A stretch of 64,000 bases of DNA, taken from the NCBI GenBank assembly GCA_014360825.1, contig JACIWT010000002.1:14782-78781 (forward strand), written 5' to 3'. This document shows positions 28,406 through 38,009 of this stretch, piece by piece. Both the position numbers and the translations under genes were made by a program. The stretch comes from Chloroflexota bacterium. Its GTDB lineage: Bacteria > Chloroflexota > Anaerolineae > UBA2200 > JACIWT01. Under the pieces are notes generated by a model. That model saw only the letters and a program-made list of their open reading frames with translations, did not search any database and was not told the DNA's origin. Each line of letters begins with the position of its first letter. Within the stretch, counting starts at the first letter, position 1.

Positions 28406-29833
28406 CTAACGAGCGATGCGATCCAGCACAGTGCCATCGGCTGCCACCAGGGTGATCTCCAGCGGCATTTGGCCGATAGCGTGGGTGGAGCATGAGAGGC
28501 ATGGATCGTAGCAGCGGATCGCTGCTTCCACTCGGTTGAGCATACCTTCGGTGAGTTTCGTGCCGTCCACACAGGCCTTGGCCACCATCCCTGCGGATGT
28601 GTGCATAGCCCAGTTGTTGTTGCCCGTGGCTACGATGAGGTTCACCCTAGTCAATAGGCCGTTCTCGTCGGTGTCATAGTCGTGGAAGAGGGTCCCTCTG
28701 GGGGCCTCGATCACGCCCACTCCGTGGCCAGTTACCTTTGTTCCGGGATAAGCGCGCACGTCGGTGGACATGATATCTGGATCATCCAGCAACTCGCCGA
28801 TGTGCTCCAAAGCGTAGAGAGCTTCGATCAGTCGGGCATAGTGGTAGTACAGGGAGCCCTCCACTGGCTTGCCGTTATTGATTTTCTTGAATTGCCGGAA
28901 TTCTTCATCGGCCAGGGGTGTGCCGATCTTGTCCACAACGTTCAGACGTCCCAATGGGCCCACCCGATATGCTCCTTGTGGCCACCCTAATTTGCGGTAA
29001 TAGGGGAACTTTAGGAAGGACCAGGGTTCCACGTGTTCGGCTACGTACTCTAAGTAGTCGTTTGGCTTGAATTGTGCGAGCAACTTGCCTTGGGCATCCC
29101 TAACGCGGATCTCACCGTCGTAGAGTTGAAGCCCGCCTTCCTTATCCACCAGACCCATGTAGTTAGATGGGAAGGAGGCGAAAGTATTTGCTAGTTCCTT
29201 GTTAGCCTCCAGCCAGCCCTTGGCGATACCAATCGCCTCTTGGACGTAGCTGACCATGGTCTCGCGTTCGGCGGCGATCTCATCGCGGTCCTTTGCACTG
29301 AGTGGCGCGCTTACCCCACCGGGGACGGCGAAGTAAGGATGCACGCGCTTCCGGCCAAGCCGCTCGATGATCTGCTGCCCGTAGCGGCGTAGGTTCACCG
29401 CTTTCAGAGCCAGTTCGGGGTTTGCCTTGATGATTCCAAATACATTCCGGGTAGCCGGATCGGCGTCAAACCCGAAGACTAGATCGGGTGCAGCCAAGTG
29501 GAAGAAATGCATGCAATGCGACTGTACCACTTGACCCATGTGCATCAGTTCCCGCAGCAGTTTGGCCGGACGTGGCGGCTCTACACCGGCCACGCCGTCG
29601 CAGGCTTTGGCTGAGGCCAAATGGTGGCTGACCGGACAGATGCCGCAGATGCGCTGGGTGATTTGCGTCATCTCGAAATATGGGCGGCCTTCGCTAAATT
29701 TCTCCACCCCGCGAAACTCGTCCACGTGGAAGAAAGTCTGCTGTACTTTGCCCTTGTCGTCCAAATGGATCGTGACCCGCGCATGTCCCTCAATGCGCGT
29801 CACTGGTTCGATGGTTATTTTTTGAGCACCCAT
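28406..29833 (-). CDS. hoxH: [NiFe] hydrogenase large subunit, group 3 (HoxH-like)
   Basis: N-terminal RICGICPVSH and C-terminal DPCLSCSTHA (protease cleavage after His). Confidence 0.9.
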   Translation of the reverse strand: MGAQKITIEPVTRIEGHARVTIHLDDKGKVQQTFFHVDEFRGVEKFSEGRPYFEMTQITQRICGICPVSHHLASAKACDGVAGVEPPRPAKLLRELMHMGQVVQSHCMHFFHLAAPDLVFGFDADPATRNVFGIIKANPELALKAVNLRRYGQQIIERLGRKRVHPYFAVPGGVSAPLSAKDRDEIAAERETMVSYVQEAIGIAKGWLEANKELANTFASFPSNYMGLVDKEGGLQLYDGEIRVRDAQGKLLAQFKPNDYLEYVAEHVEPWSFLKFPYYRKLGWPQGAYRVGPLGRLNVVDKIGTPLADEEFRQFKKINNGKPVEGSLYYHYARLIEALYALEHIGELLDDPDIMSTDVRAYPGTKVTGHGVGVIEAPRGTLFHDYDTDENGLLTRVNLIVATGNNNWAMHTSAGMVAKACVDGTKLTEGMLNRVEAAIRCYDPCLSCSTHAIGQMPLEITLVAADGTVLDRIAR

Positions 29834-29845
29834 AGTGTTCTCCTC

Positions 29846-30391
29846 TTAGTCATACTTGAAATGCTCAGGTGGCAGAATCACAGGCATGCGTCCCGCGAGC
29901 AACTCTGAAAGCGCGTAGAAAAGGGCGTCTGCACTGGGTGGGCAACCGGGGATGAAAAGATCCACCTTTACCACCTTATCAACGCCTGTAACTACATCCA
30001 GCGGCATTCCGAGTTCTGGTGAATCGGGAATGACGCCGTCCACAACGCTCTCAGCCTCTAAGTAAGCGCGCTTTAACGCCGCTTCGGTGCCAACCAGATT
30101 GCGCGAGGCGACAATGCCACCAAAGGTAGCGCAGTCACCCACTGCGATGAGGATTTTGCAGCGTTCACGCATTCTCTTGGCCACCTCAACATTGTGCGTG
30201 TTACTGATCGCACCGGTGAGGATGCCAACGGTTACGCCGTCTTCTGGCGGATGCTTTAGGTCTGTGACCGGGCTTGATGTGAATTCCACCGCTTCCAGCA
30301 ACTGGACAATGCGTTCGTCAATGTCCAGTAACGACATGTGACATCCTGCACAGGCGGCTAGCCAATCCGTGGCGACTTTGACTTTTGCCAT
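29846..30391 (-). CDS. hoxY: [NiFe] hydrogenase small subunit, group 3 (HoxY-like)
   Basis: ACAGCHMS proximal-cluster Cys motif, GDCATFGG, IPGCPP. ATG after AAGGAGA (the track ORF extends 6 codons further upstream). Confidence 0.85.
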   Translation of the reverse strand: MAKVKVATDWLAACAGCHMSLLDIDERIVQLLEAVEFTSSPVTDLKHPPEDGVTVGILTGAISNTHNVEVAKRMRERCKILIAVGDCATFGGIVASRNLVGTEAALKRAYLEAESVVDGVIPDSPELGMPLDVVTGVDKVVKVDLFIPGCPPSADALFYALSELLAGRMPVILPPEHFKYD

Positions 30392-30405
30392 CGTGGGTTC
30401 TCCTT

Positions 30406-32187
30406 TCACTCAAGTTCCCGGGCTGCACGAGCCGAGATCTCGTCGAGGGTGCCGAAACTCTTGCCCAGTTTCCCTGCCAGCAGGGAGAGGATCTCCCAGT
30501 CTGGCTTTGCTTCTCCCTTGGGTTCGACTGCCTTATTGACCTGCTGCACACGACCCTCTATGTTCGTCAGGGTGCCTTCTCGCTCTGACCAGATAGCCAT
30601 GGGCAGCACTACGTCTGCCTTCTTGGTCAGGGGCGATTCATAACTAGTCTGCACAACGACAAATGCATTGGGGCCGAATTGTTTGAGCATATCCTTGCCG
30701 TCCCAATCCTGCTCGCCGACGAGGACAAACACTGTTTCGGCGGAGGATGGATCGAACCCGTTGCTCAACCCGAAGGCCGCGGCAGCGTATGTATTCACGC
30801 CGGGTTCAAGCGCGATGAAGACGGCCTTTTCACCCAACTTCCCTAACGCTTTGATGGTCTTATCTGTGATAGCGGGACCATACAGAACCACTGGATGCAC
30901 GGCACGCTCTGCTAGTTCTACAGCCTTATTGACCTCGTCCATCTTCAAGTGCATGGAGGCGAATGGAGCAAGGCCATTGTCCTTGCTGTCCACTATGATC
31001 AGCCGTGCCCCTTTATCGACAGCGCGCTTGACGAGAAAAGAAGCAACCGGCTGGTCTTTAGCGGGATCTGCACTAACCACAAGGATGATATCACTCGTGG
31101 TGACATCTGCGAGTGAGCCTCCTGACTTCTCCGACAACTTCGTTGCAACCCCGTTGAGCAGGCCAATGTTGGTGACCCTCAATTCCTCACGGAACAACTT
31201 GCCCAGTAGGTATAGCGCCTCGTTGGTAGCGTTGGTTGTGGTTAATACGCCCAGATTCTTGCCTTTGGTGCTACGAATTTGCTCGGCAAGTGCTTCCAAG
31301 GCTGTGTCCCAATCCGTCTCCTTTAACTTGCCGTTTTGCCGGAGCAAGGGTTTGGTTACACGCTGGCGCTCATCGTAGAGCGGGTTGAAGCGCCCTGCCT
31401 GGCAAAGTAGCCCTGCGTTCACAGGGGCGTCCCAATCCCCTTCGATGCGCAAGACGTTGCCACCGCGCGTTACGATCTCCATACCGCAGCCGATACTGCA
31501 CTGGCTGCAGACGCTCTTAATGTGCTCCGTCTCGACATCACGCCCCATAAAGGCACTGCGTTTGTCAACCAGAGCGCCGGTGGGACACACTTGCAAACAG
31601 GTGCCGCAAGAGACACAGGACGATTGGCCGAAGGGAACGTTCATATCGGCGTGGATCATGGACTCTGCACCACGTTGCCGTACGCCCAAGGTGTGATTCG
31701 CCACCAGTTCACTGCAGGCGCGCACGCATCGTCTGCATAGAATGCAACGGTTGTGATCCATAAGGAAATAAGCACGTGTCGCATCCACAGGGAACCGCTT
31801 TGTGTAGGTAGGATAAACCCAGTGGTCAACGCCGTAGCGGTACCCCAGAGACTGCAATTCGCAGTCCCCGCTCATCTCACAGTACATGCAGTAGTGGTTT
31901 CGCTCCGAAAAAAGCAGGTCGAGAACGAATTTTCGTGCTTGAACCACCTGTGGGGACTCGGTCTGCACCTCCATTCCCTCTGTAACGGGGAATGTACATG
32001 CCGTCTGCAAAGTGCGTTGTCCCTTGATCTCTACGAGACACATTCGGCAAGCACCGATTGGGGCCAGAGCAGGGTGGTGACAAAGAGTCGGGATGTCAAT
32101 CCCTGCCCCCTGTGCGGCCTCAAGAACGGTGCTGCCGGCCGGCGCACTGACCTTTTGGCCGTTGATTGTGATATTGACCATTGCCAT
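30406..32187 (-). CDS. NuoG-like iron-sulfur subunit (2Fe-2S plant-type + 4Fe-4S clusters + NuoG C-terminal domain, no Mo/Sec site)
   Basis: CHHPALAPIGACRMC, CEMSGDCELQ, CILCRRCVRAC, CVSCGTCLQVCP. The molybdopterin-ligand motif is replaced by NATNEAL. Confidence 0.85.
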   Translation of the reverse strand: MAMVNITINGQKVSAPAGSTVLEAAQGAGIDIPTLCHHPALAPIGACRMCLVEIKGQRTLQTACTFPVTEGMEVQTESPQVVQARKFVLDLLFSERNHYCMYCEMSGDCELQSLGYRYGVDHWVYPTYTKRFPVDATRAYFLMDHNRCILCRRCVRACSELVANHTLGVRQRGAESMIHADMNVPFGQSSCVSCGTCLQVCPTGALVDKRSAFMGRDVETEHIKSVCSQCSIGCGMEIVTRGGNVLRIEGDWDAPVNAGLLCQAGRFNPLYDERQRVTKPLLRQNGKLKETDWDTALEALAEQIRSTKGKNLGVLTTTNATNEALYLLGKLFREELRVTNIGLLNGVATKLSEKSGGSLADVTTSDIILVVSADPAKDQPVASFLVKRAVDKGARLIIVDSKDNGLAPFASMHLKMDEVNKAVELAERAVHPVVLYGPAITDKTIKALGKLGEKAVFIALEPGVNTYAAAAFGLSNGFDPSSAETVFVLVGEQDWDGKDMLKQFGPNAFVVVQTSYESPLTKKADVVLPMAIWSEREGTLTNIEGRVQQVNKAVEPKGEAKPDWEILSLLAGKLGKSFGTLDEISARAARELE

Positions 32188-32299
32188 CTCAGAGCCCAGC
32201 CTCCTTTCTAAGTTTTATTTTAGGTTATCTTTTGGCTGGGGAAAAGTCGCCATTGACATCTCCCCTACCCTGTGCGCCATATTCCGTTGTTTTCGGAGC

Positions 32300-35200
32300 C
32301 TAAAACTCTTCCAGGTCGCAGCGCAGACAGCGCTTGGCTTCCTCACGCGCTATTTCCTCGCTGAATCCCAACTCGATCTCGTGGAAATTCTTGACCCGCT
32401 CCGGCGGTGCCTGAGTTGGCATCTCAGGCCGTTTCGCCTCAGCATACTCTTCGCGGTTATAGGTCAGTTCAACCGTGCGATAGGCCAGCCATTCTTCTTT
32501 GGATTGTGGGTGGCCATCCTGCAAGTATTCATCCACCGCCATGGCCACCTTGTTGCCTTGTGCTACTGCCTCGATCACGGTTGCAGGACCCAGCACCGCG
32601 TCGCCAGCAGCGAAGGCACCCGGCCGCGAGGTATCCAGTTTCCTGCCCACCTTGAACGTGGAATCGCGGTTCACCTCTGGGCTATCACCGTTCAGGCACG
32701 ACAAATCGGGTGACTGCCCAATGGCCGGAATGACGATATCCACGTCCATGACATACCCTGCTCCTTCGATGGGCACTGGCCGGCGTCTCCCGCTCTTGTC
32801 GAATTCGCCCAATTCCTGTGGTTGTAGTTCCAGCCCCGTGACTTTCGTGTCTCCTAAGACGCGGATGGGATTGGTCAGGAAATGGAACTGGACGCCCTCT
32901 TCTTCCGCCTCTCGTACTTCAAGGTCTTGCGCCGGCATCTCCGCCCGTGTGCGGCGGTAGATGATGTGCACTTCGGAGGCGCCCAGACGGAGGGCTGTCC
33001 GCGCAGCATCGATGGCGGAGTTACCCCCGCCAACCACAGCCACGCGTTTGCCTTTCATCTTGGGTGGCTTACCGAGCGCTACATCCTTCAGGAACGCGGT
33101 AGCGTGCATGACCCCGCTCAAGTCTTCGCCAGGCACACCCAGTCGGCGGCTGCTGTGCGCACCGATCGCCAGGATGACCGCGTGATAGCCCATTTTATCA
33201 AATAACTCATCCAAAGTAAAGTCTTTGCCTAACGCCGTGTTCAATACGATCTCCACGCCGGCGCGCTTGATGTGGTCGATCTCGGCGTTGAGCACATCGC
33301 GTGGCAGGCGGTATTCTGGAATGCCTAAAGCCATCCACCCGCCGGCAACGGGTGCTGCTTCGTAGACGGTTACTTTGTAGCCCCATTGTGCCAGGCGCAA
33401 AGCCGCTGTCAGGCCGGCTGGCCCTGCGCCTACGATGGCAACCTTCTCCGTCTTGGCTTCTTCGTTGCGTGGCGGTATCCATGGGTTCATAATCTCATGA
33501 TCTGCCATGAAGCGCTTCAATTGGCGGATGGCTACTGGCTGATCCAGTTCGCCGCGACGGCAGCGCCGCTCGCAGAAGGCTGGACAAATGCGCCCGCAGA
33601 TCAGGGCAAATGGGTTGCGCTGGCGATGTACTTCGAGCCCTTCGGCGTATTTGCCCTGGCTGATCAGGGCCACATAACTGGGGACATCCACGCCTGCAGG
33701 GCAGGCATTGGTGCACGGTGCTCTGACCAGCGCTTTGCACACCCCGGCCGGACAGCGCTTGTCTAAGATATGTGCCTCGAACTCCTCGCGGAAATAGCGC
33801 AACGCGGCTTTTACCGGACCTGGGGTGAGTTGGCCCAGCGCGCACAACGAAGCCGATTCCATGCCCTGTGCGATTTGTTGGATGGTGTCCAGGTCCTGCA
33901 TCGTTCCTTTGCCTTCCGTGATGCGAGTCAGCACTTCCAACAGGCGCTTACCGCCAACTCGGCAGGGCACACATTTGCCACAGGATTCGGCCGTAGCAAA
34001 GTCCAGGAAGAATTTGGCGAACTCGACCATGCAGGTAGTCTCATCTACCACGATCATGCCGCCGGAACCCATCACTGCGCCCACTTCCTTGAGCGAGTCA
34101 AAATCTACTGGCACATTGAGCGCTTCGACGCCCAGGCAGCCGCCCAATGGGCCACCGGTCTGCACGGCCTTGAATTTCTTGCCGTCGGGGACTCCCCCAC
34201 CGATGTCAAAGATGATTTCGCCCAACGTGATGCCCATCGGCACCTCGACCAAGCCGGTGTTATTGATCTTGCCCGTTAAGGCAAAGATGGCTGTTCCGGT
34301 GCTGCGCGGTGTGCCGATGCTGCTGAACCAATCTGCACCTTTGAGGATGATTTGCGGTACATTGGCGTAACTCTTGACGTTGTTGATATTGCTGGGCTTA
34401 CCCCACAGGCCGGAGACAGCGGGGAAGGGTGGCCTGGGGCGAGGCTCACCACGGCGACCCTCAATGGATGCCATCAGGGCCGTTTCCTCTCCGCAGACGA
34501 AAGCGCCGGCGCCCTCTTTCAGTGTCAGGTGGAAAGTATGTCCGCTTCCCAAGATGTTTTCGCCCAGCAATCCGTATTCGTGGCACTGCTCAATCGCCAT
34601 CTTGATGCGCTTAATGGCCAGAGGATACTCGGCACGGCAATAAATGTAGCCCTGATGCGCACCGATGGCATAACTGGCAATGATCATCCCCTCAATGACA
34701 CTGTGGGGGTCTCCCTCCAGTATGCTGCGGTCCATAAATGCACCGGGGTCCCCTTCGTCCGCGTTGCAAATGAGGTACTTCGGCTCGCCTCGTGCTTTGC
34801 GGCAGAACTCCCATTTCAGACCGGTGAGGAAGCCTGCCCCGCCGCGCCCGCGTAAGCCAGACCGTTTGACCTCCTCAATAACTTGGTCTGGGGTCATCTC
34901 CGATAGCGCCTTGCTCAGCGCGGCATAGCCGTCTCGGGCGATGTACTCATCAATGCTTTCGGGGTTGATCAGTCCACAGTTGCGCAGTGTGATGCGCAAC
35001 TGCTTCCCGTAGAAGGGTATGTCCTTGTAGAAGGGTACCGATTGGTGGGAGAATGGCTCTTTGTAAGTGAGGCGGGGGACGACCCTGCCCTTCACCAGCG
35101 TTTCTTCTACGAGGTGTGGTACATCCGAGGCTTGCACCTGGCAGTAGAAAATACCCTCTGGGTAAATGATCATAACGGGGCCCATCGCACAGAAGCCACG

Positions 35201-35350
35201 GCAGCCGGTTTGCACCAGTCGTACCTCGCCATCCAGCCCACGGCGTTTGATCTCCTCGGCTAAGGCCTCGAAAACCGCCGGGGATTTCGATGCTGTACAG
35301 CCCGTGCCGCCACAGACGAGCACGTTGGCTCTATATAAAGGTTCCGCCAT
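32300..35350 (-). CDS. triple-fusion flavoprotein: NuoE-like [2Fe-2S] + NuoF-like (NADH/FMN/[4Fe-4S]) + GltD/NfnB-like FAD/NAD(P)H pyridine-nucleotide oxidoreductase
   Basis: CGGTGCTASKS..CRGFCAMGP; GRGGAGFLTGLKW; CGEETALMASIEGRRGEPR; ESCGKCVPCRVG; two 4Fe-4S Cys motifs; VAIVGAGPAGLTAA and VAVVGGGNSAIDAA Rossmann motifs. ATG after GAGGA (the track ORF extends 23 codons further upstream). Confidence 0.85.
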   Translation of the reverse strand: MAEPLYRANVLVCGGTGCTASKSPAVFEALAEEIKRRGLDGEVRLVQTGCRGFCAMGPVMIIYPEGIFYCQVQASDVPHLVEETLVKGRVVPRLTYKEPFSHQSVPFYKDIPFYGKQLRITLRNCGLINPESIDEYIARDGYAALSKALSEMTPDQVIEEVKRSGLRGRGGAGFLTGLKWEFCRKARGEPKYLICNADEGDPGAFMDRSILEGDPHSVIEGMIIASYAIGAHQGYIYCRAEYPLAIKRIKMAIEQCHEYGLLGENILGSGHTFHLTLKEGAGAFVCGEETALMASIEGRRGEPRPRPPFPAVSGLWGKPSNINNVKSYANVPQIILKGADWFSSIGTPRSTGTAIFALTGKINNTGLVEVPMGITLGEIIFDIGGGVPDGKKFKAVQTGGPLGGCLGVEALNVPVDFDSLKEVGAVMGSGGMIVVDETTCMVEFAKFFLDFATAESCGKCVPCRVGGKRLLEVLTRITEGKGTMQDLDTIQQIAQGMESASLCALGQLTPGPVKAALRYFREEFEAHILDKRCPAGVCKALVRAPCTNACPAGVDVPSYVALISQGKYAEGLEVHRQRNPFALICGRICPAFCERRCRRGELDQPVAIRQLKRFMADHEIMNPWIPPRNEEAKTEKVAIVGAGPAGLTAALRLAQWGYKVTVYEAAPVAGGWMALGIPEYRLPRDVLNAEIDHIKRAGVEIVLNTALGKDFTLDELFDKMGYHAVILAIGAHSSRRLGVPGEDLSGVMHATAFLKDVALGKPPKMKGKRVAVVGGGNSAIDAARTALRLGASEVHIIYRRTRAEMPAQDLEVREAEEEGVQFHFLTNPIRVLGDTKVTGLELQPQELGEFDKSGRRRPVPIEGAGYVMDVDIVIPAIGQSPDLSCLNGDSPEVNRDSTFKVGRKLDTSRPGAFAAGDAVLGPATVIEAVAQGNKVAMAVDEYLQDGHPQSKEEWLAYRTVELTYNREEYAEAKRPEMPTQAPPERVKNFHEIELGFSEEIAREEAKRCLRCDLEEF

Positions 35351-35382
35351 TGAGATCCTCCTCGGGATACGAAGATATTTTT

Positions 35383-35763
35383 CTATTGTTCGCTGGTGGG
35401 CAGCCGACCTACTACCCACTCTTGCACTACATTGCCTTTGATTAAATGCTCCTCAATGAGCCGGGGCACCATATCTGGTTTGACGTTTCCGTACGTGATG
35501 CGTGGCTTGCCTGCCTGTTCGATATCCACCAACGGTTCTTTGACGCACATGCCAATGCATCCGACGGTGGTGACGTGGGCTTCGATCTCACGCTTCTTGA
35601 GTTCCTCAAGGATGGCGTGCATCGTCTCACGTGCTCCGGCAGCGATGCCGCAGGTGCCCATGCCGACGGTGATCTTGGTGCCTGTCTCCAGCCGTACCTT
35701 GAGGTCTTTTTGTGCTTCTTCGCGCAGTTTCTTTAGATCTTCTAAGGTCTTCAGTCTCGGCAT
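35383..35763 (-). CDS. thioredoxin-like [2Fe-2S] ferredoxin (HydC/NuoE-like small subunit)
   Basis: Cys motif GMGTCGIAAG ... VGCIGMCV. Confidence 0.7.
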   Translation of the reverse strand: MPRLKTLEDLKKLREEAQKDLKVRLETGTKITVGMGTCGIAAGARETMHAILEELKKREIEAHVTTVGCIGMCVKEPLVDIEQAGKPRITYGNVKPDMVPRLIEEHLIKGNVVQEWVVGRLPTSEQ

Positions 35764-35805
35764 TGAACAGCCTCCTCTGTGGATATATTTTCCGCAGCGA
35801 ATTGG

Positions 35806-36357
35806 TTATGGCCTGGGCCTATGCAGGCTCGCCAGCCCCTCAGCCAGCGTGGATTCCAGCCACTGCCTTATCAGTGGATGCGAGAGGGGCACTGTGCCCA
35901 ATTCGCGGCGCACTTCTGCTGTGTCCAGTTCAAACGTCCGACCATCCACAACGTGCTTGTAGCGGATGTCTACTGCCTGTTCCGAGAGAACCACTGCCAT
36001 TATGCTTGTGACGATATCGCCCAGCGGTGCGCGGTCAATGTGACTGTGTTGGAAAGTAGCCGTTACCTTCGTTCCTACCCCGGGCTTGGATTGTACCTGG
36101 AGATTGCCATTGCACTGTTGGGCTGCTGCCGCGAAGAGCGGCAATCCCAGACCGACGTGCCTGGTGGTACGTGTGGTAACGAAGGGGTCTAATACCCTCT
36201 GGGCGAACTCCTCATCCATGCCGCGCCCATTGTCTTGAATTGTGATCTTTAGGATATCGTTCTTCGTGTCCTCCTCGATGAGCAACTCAATGCGAGTTGC
36301 TCCCGCCTCCACCGAATTTTCCAGTGCATCGAGGATATGTAGGGAAAGTTCGCGCAC
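35806..36357 (-). CDS. histidine-kinase-like ATPase (HATPase_c only) protein
   Basis: N-box/G-box-like ITIQDNGRGMD ... HVGLGLPL with no HisKA domain. Confidence 0.7.
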   Translation of the reverse strand: MRELSLHILDALENSVEAGATRIELLIEEDTKNDILKITIQDNGRGMDEEFAQRVLDPFVTTRTTRHVGLGLPLFAAAAQQCNGNLQVQSKPGVGTKVTATFQHSHIDRAPLGDIVTSIMAVVLSEQAVDIRYKHVVDGRTFELDTAEVRRELGTVPLSHPLIRQWLESTLAEGLASLHRPRP

Positions 36358-36825
36358 TTAATGCAAATCTCTCACGATTTCGGTCATTCTTTCAGGGACC
36401 AGGTGTCCAACGACTTCGTTGTCCACCATCGCCGTAGGGGCCAGACCGCAAGATCCCAAACAGTAAACGACTTCATATGTTACCCGATAATCCGGCGTCG
36501 TTTCTCCGGCCTTAATGCCCAAGTCGTTTTCGACAGTCCTGATGATTTTGGCCGCGCCACGCACGTGGCAAGCGGTGCCGTCGCATTGACGGATGATGTG
36601 TTTGCCGCGCCTGGTCAGGTAGAATTGGGCATAGAAAGTTACCACGCCATACACCTGGCTCAATGGTACTCTCATGCGCTCAGAAATACGTTTCAGTACC
36701 TCGGCCGGCAGGTACCCGTAGATTTCTTGCGCCCGTTGCAACACGGGGATTACCGCTCCCTTCTGCGTTTGGAACTCTTCGAATATTGGCTCCAAACGAC
36801 TGAGGTCCAAGGTTTCTTCAGCCAC
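36358..36825 (-). CDS. NuoE/HydC-like thioredoxin-like [2Fe-2S] subunit (second copy)
   Basis: CDGTACHVRGA ... CLGSCGLAPTAMV. Confidence 0.85.
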   Translation of the reverse strand: MAEETLDLSRLEPIFEEFQTQKGAVIPVLQRAQEIYGYLPAEVLKRISERMRVPLSQVYGVVTFYAQFYLTRRGKHIIRQCDGTACHVRGAAKIIRTVENDLGIKAGETTPDYRVTYEVVYCLGSCGLAPTAMVDNEVVGHLVPERMTEIVRDLH

Positions 36826-36845
36826 CTTGCCATATCCTCCTTGAT

Positions 36846-37616
36846 CTAATGTGAATTGGCGAGTACTTTTACTTTTCGACCATTCTGACGGCGAAAGGCC
36901 ATCGAGATCTCCGTGAGGGTGGGCTCCTCAAGGGTAAATATGGTCCTGTCGCTTATCTCACTCAGACGGTGTGCATCGCCAGAACAGATGAACGAATGTG
37001 CCGCGAGTGATGGGTGTCGGCGCTGTATCTCCTCCACGCTGGTGTTACGCGTTATCTCCATAGCGGCGAAATGAACACCCGGTGGGACGAACCCCAGGTT
37101 CGCCAATAGACTGTAAGACGGACGATCTATATGTGCTGCGATGCAGAGCCCTTTCCGTTCCTCGACGCCTGAAACCACCTCTTCCACGGAGAGGGAAGTG
37201 GAGGTTGCCAGCAGCCTATCATTGTAACGGACAAAATCACCTGTGGCGTCCACTACAAACTGCGGGCCAAAAACTTCTGCCTTGTTTTTCAACATGGGCA
37301 GGTGAGCATATATCACTGCTTGCCAATCCAGCGCCCGCTCCACGGTATCAAAAAGACAAAGCAGATGAACCTCTTCTTTAGTTTGGACTTCCATACCTGG
37401 CAACACAGTCAGATCGAGTCCACACGCAGCCTCGATAACCGAGGCGACATTCTCTGCCGAGTTGTGATCGGTGATCGCAATGATGCCAAGGGCCAGTTCC
37501 CGTGCTTGCCGAACGATCAGAGGCGGTATCATTTCCACCTCGGCGCAAGCGGATAAAACTGTGTGCACATGCAGATCGGCTAGATAAGGTCTCAAGGCTC
37601 GTGTGTCATGCTCCAA
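36846..37616 (-). CDS. PHP-domain (polymerase/histidinol phosphatase-like) metal-dependent phosphoesterase
   Basis: LADLHVHTVLS ... ITDHNS His/Asp metal-ligand motifs. Confidence 0.8.
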   Translation of the reverse strand: MEHDTRALRPYLADLHVHTVLSACAEVEMIPPLIVRQARELALGIIAITDHNSAENVASVIEAACGLDLTVLPGMEVQTKEEVHLLCLFDTVERALDWQAVIYAHLPMLKNKAEVFGPQFVVDATGDFVRYNDRLLATSTSLSVEEVVSGVEERKGLCIAAHIDRPSYSLLANLGFVPPGVHFAAMEITRNTSVEEIQRRHPSLAAHSFICSGDAHRLSEISDRTIFTLEEPTLTEISMAFRRQNGRKVKVLANSH

Positions 37617-37639
37617 CTCTCATATATTTGCCCACAGGT

Positions 37640-37984
37640 CTATTCTGTGCCTTGGATTCCCAACCGGCTCAATTGGCCCACAATGGTGAACGTTGTGCGC
37701 GGCGTGGTAAGTATAGGGATCCCCTGCTCATTTGCCTTCTGCAATGTAGCGGCATCCGGAGATACCCCTTCGGTCACAATAATACCGGCTAGTTCGAGGA
37801 GTGCAGCCACAGCGACGATGTTGACATGCGACTGCAGGGTGACCCATACATTGCCCTTGCGCGCCTTGGCCATGACACAACTGAGCAGGTCAGAGGCATA
37901 CCCACCTGTTACCTCTGTGTCCAAGTTCTCACTCGCCGTCTGCACGGAAAGAGACAGCGCCTTTGCGATTTCACCTATTGTCAT
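37640..37984 (-). CDS. DRTGG-domain protein
   Basis: DRTGG-like Rossmann segment ...GNVWVTLQSHVNIVAVAALLELAGIIVTEG. Confidence 0.65.
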   Translation of the reverse strand: MTIGEIAKALSLSVQTASENLDTEVTGGYASDLLSCVMAKARKGNVWVTLQSHVNIVAVAALLELAGIIVTEGVSPDAATLQKANEQGIPILTTPRTTFTIVGQLSRLGIQGTE

Positions 37985-38009
37985 CGTGTTCCCTCGTGGT
38001 TACACAGCA

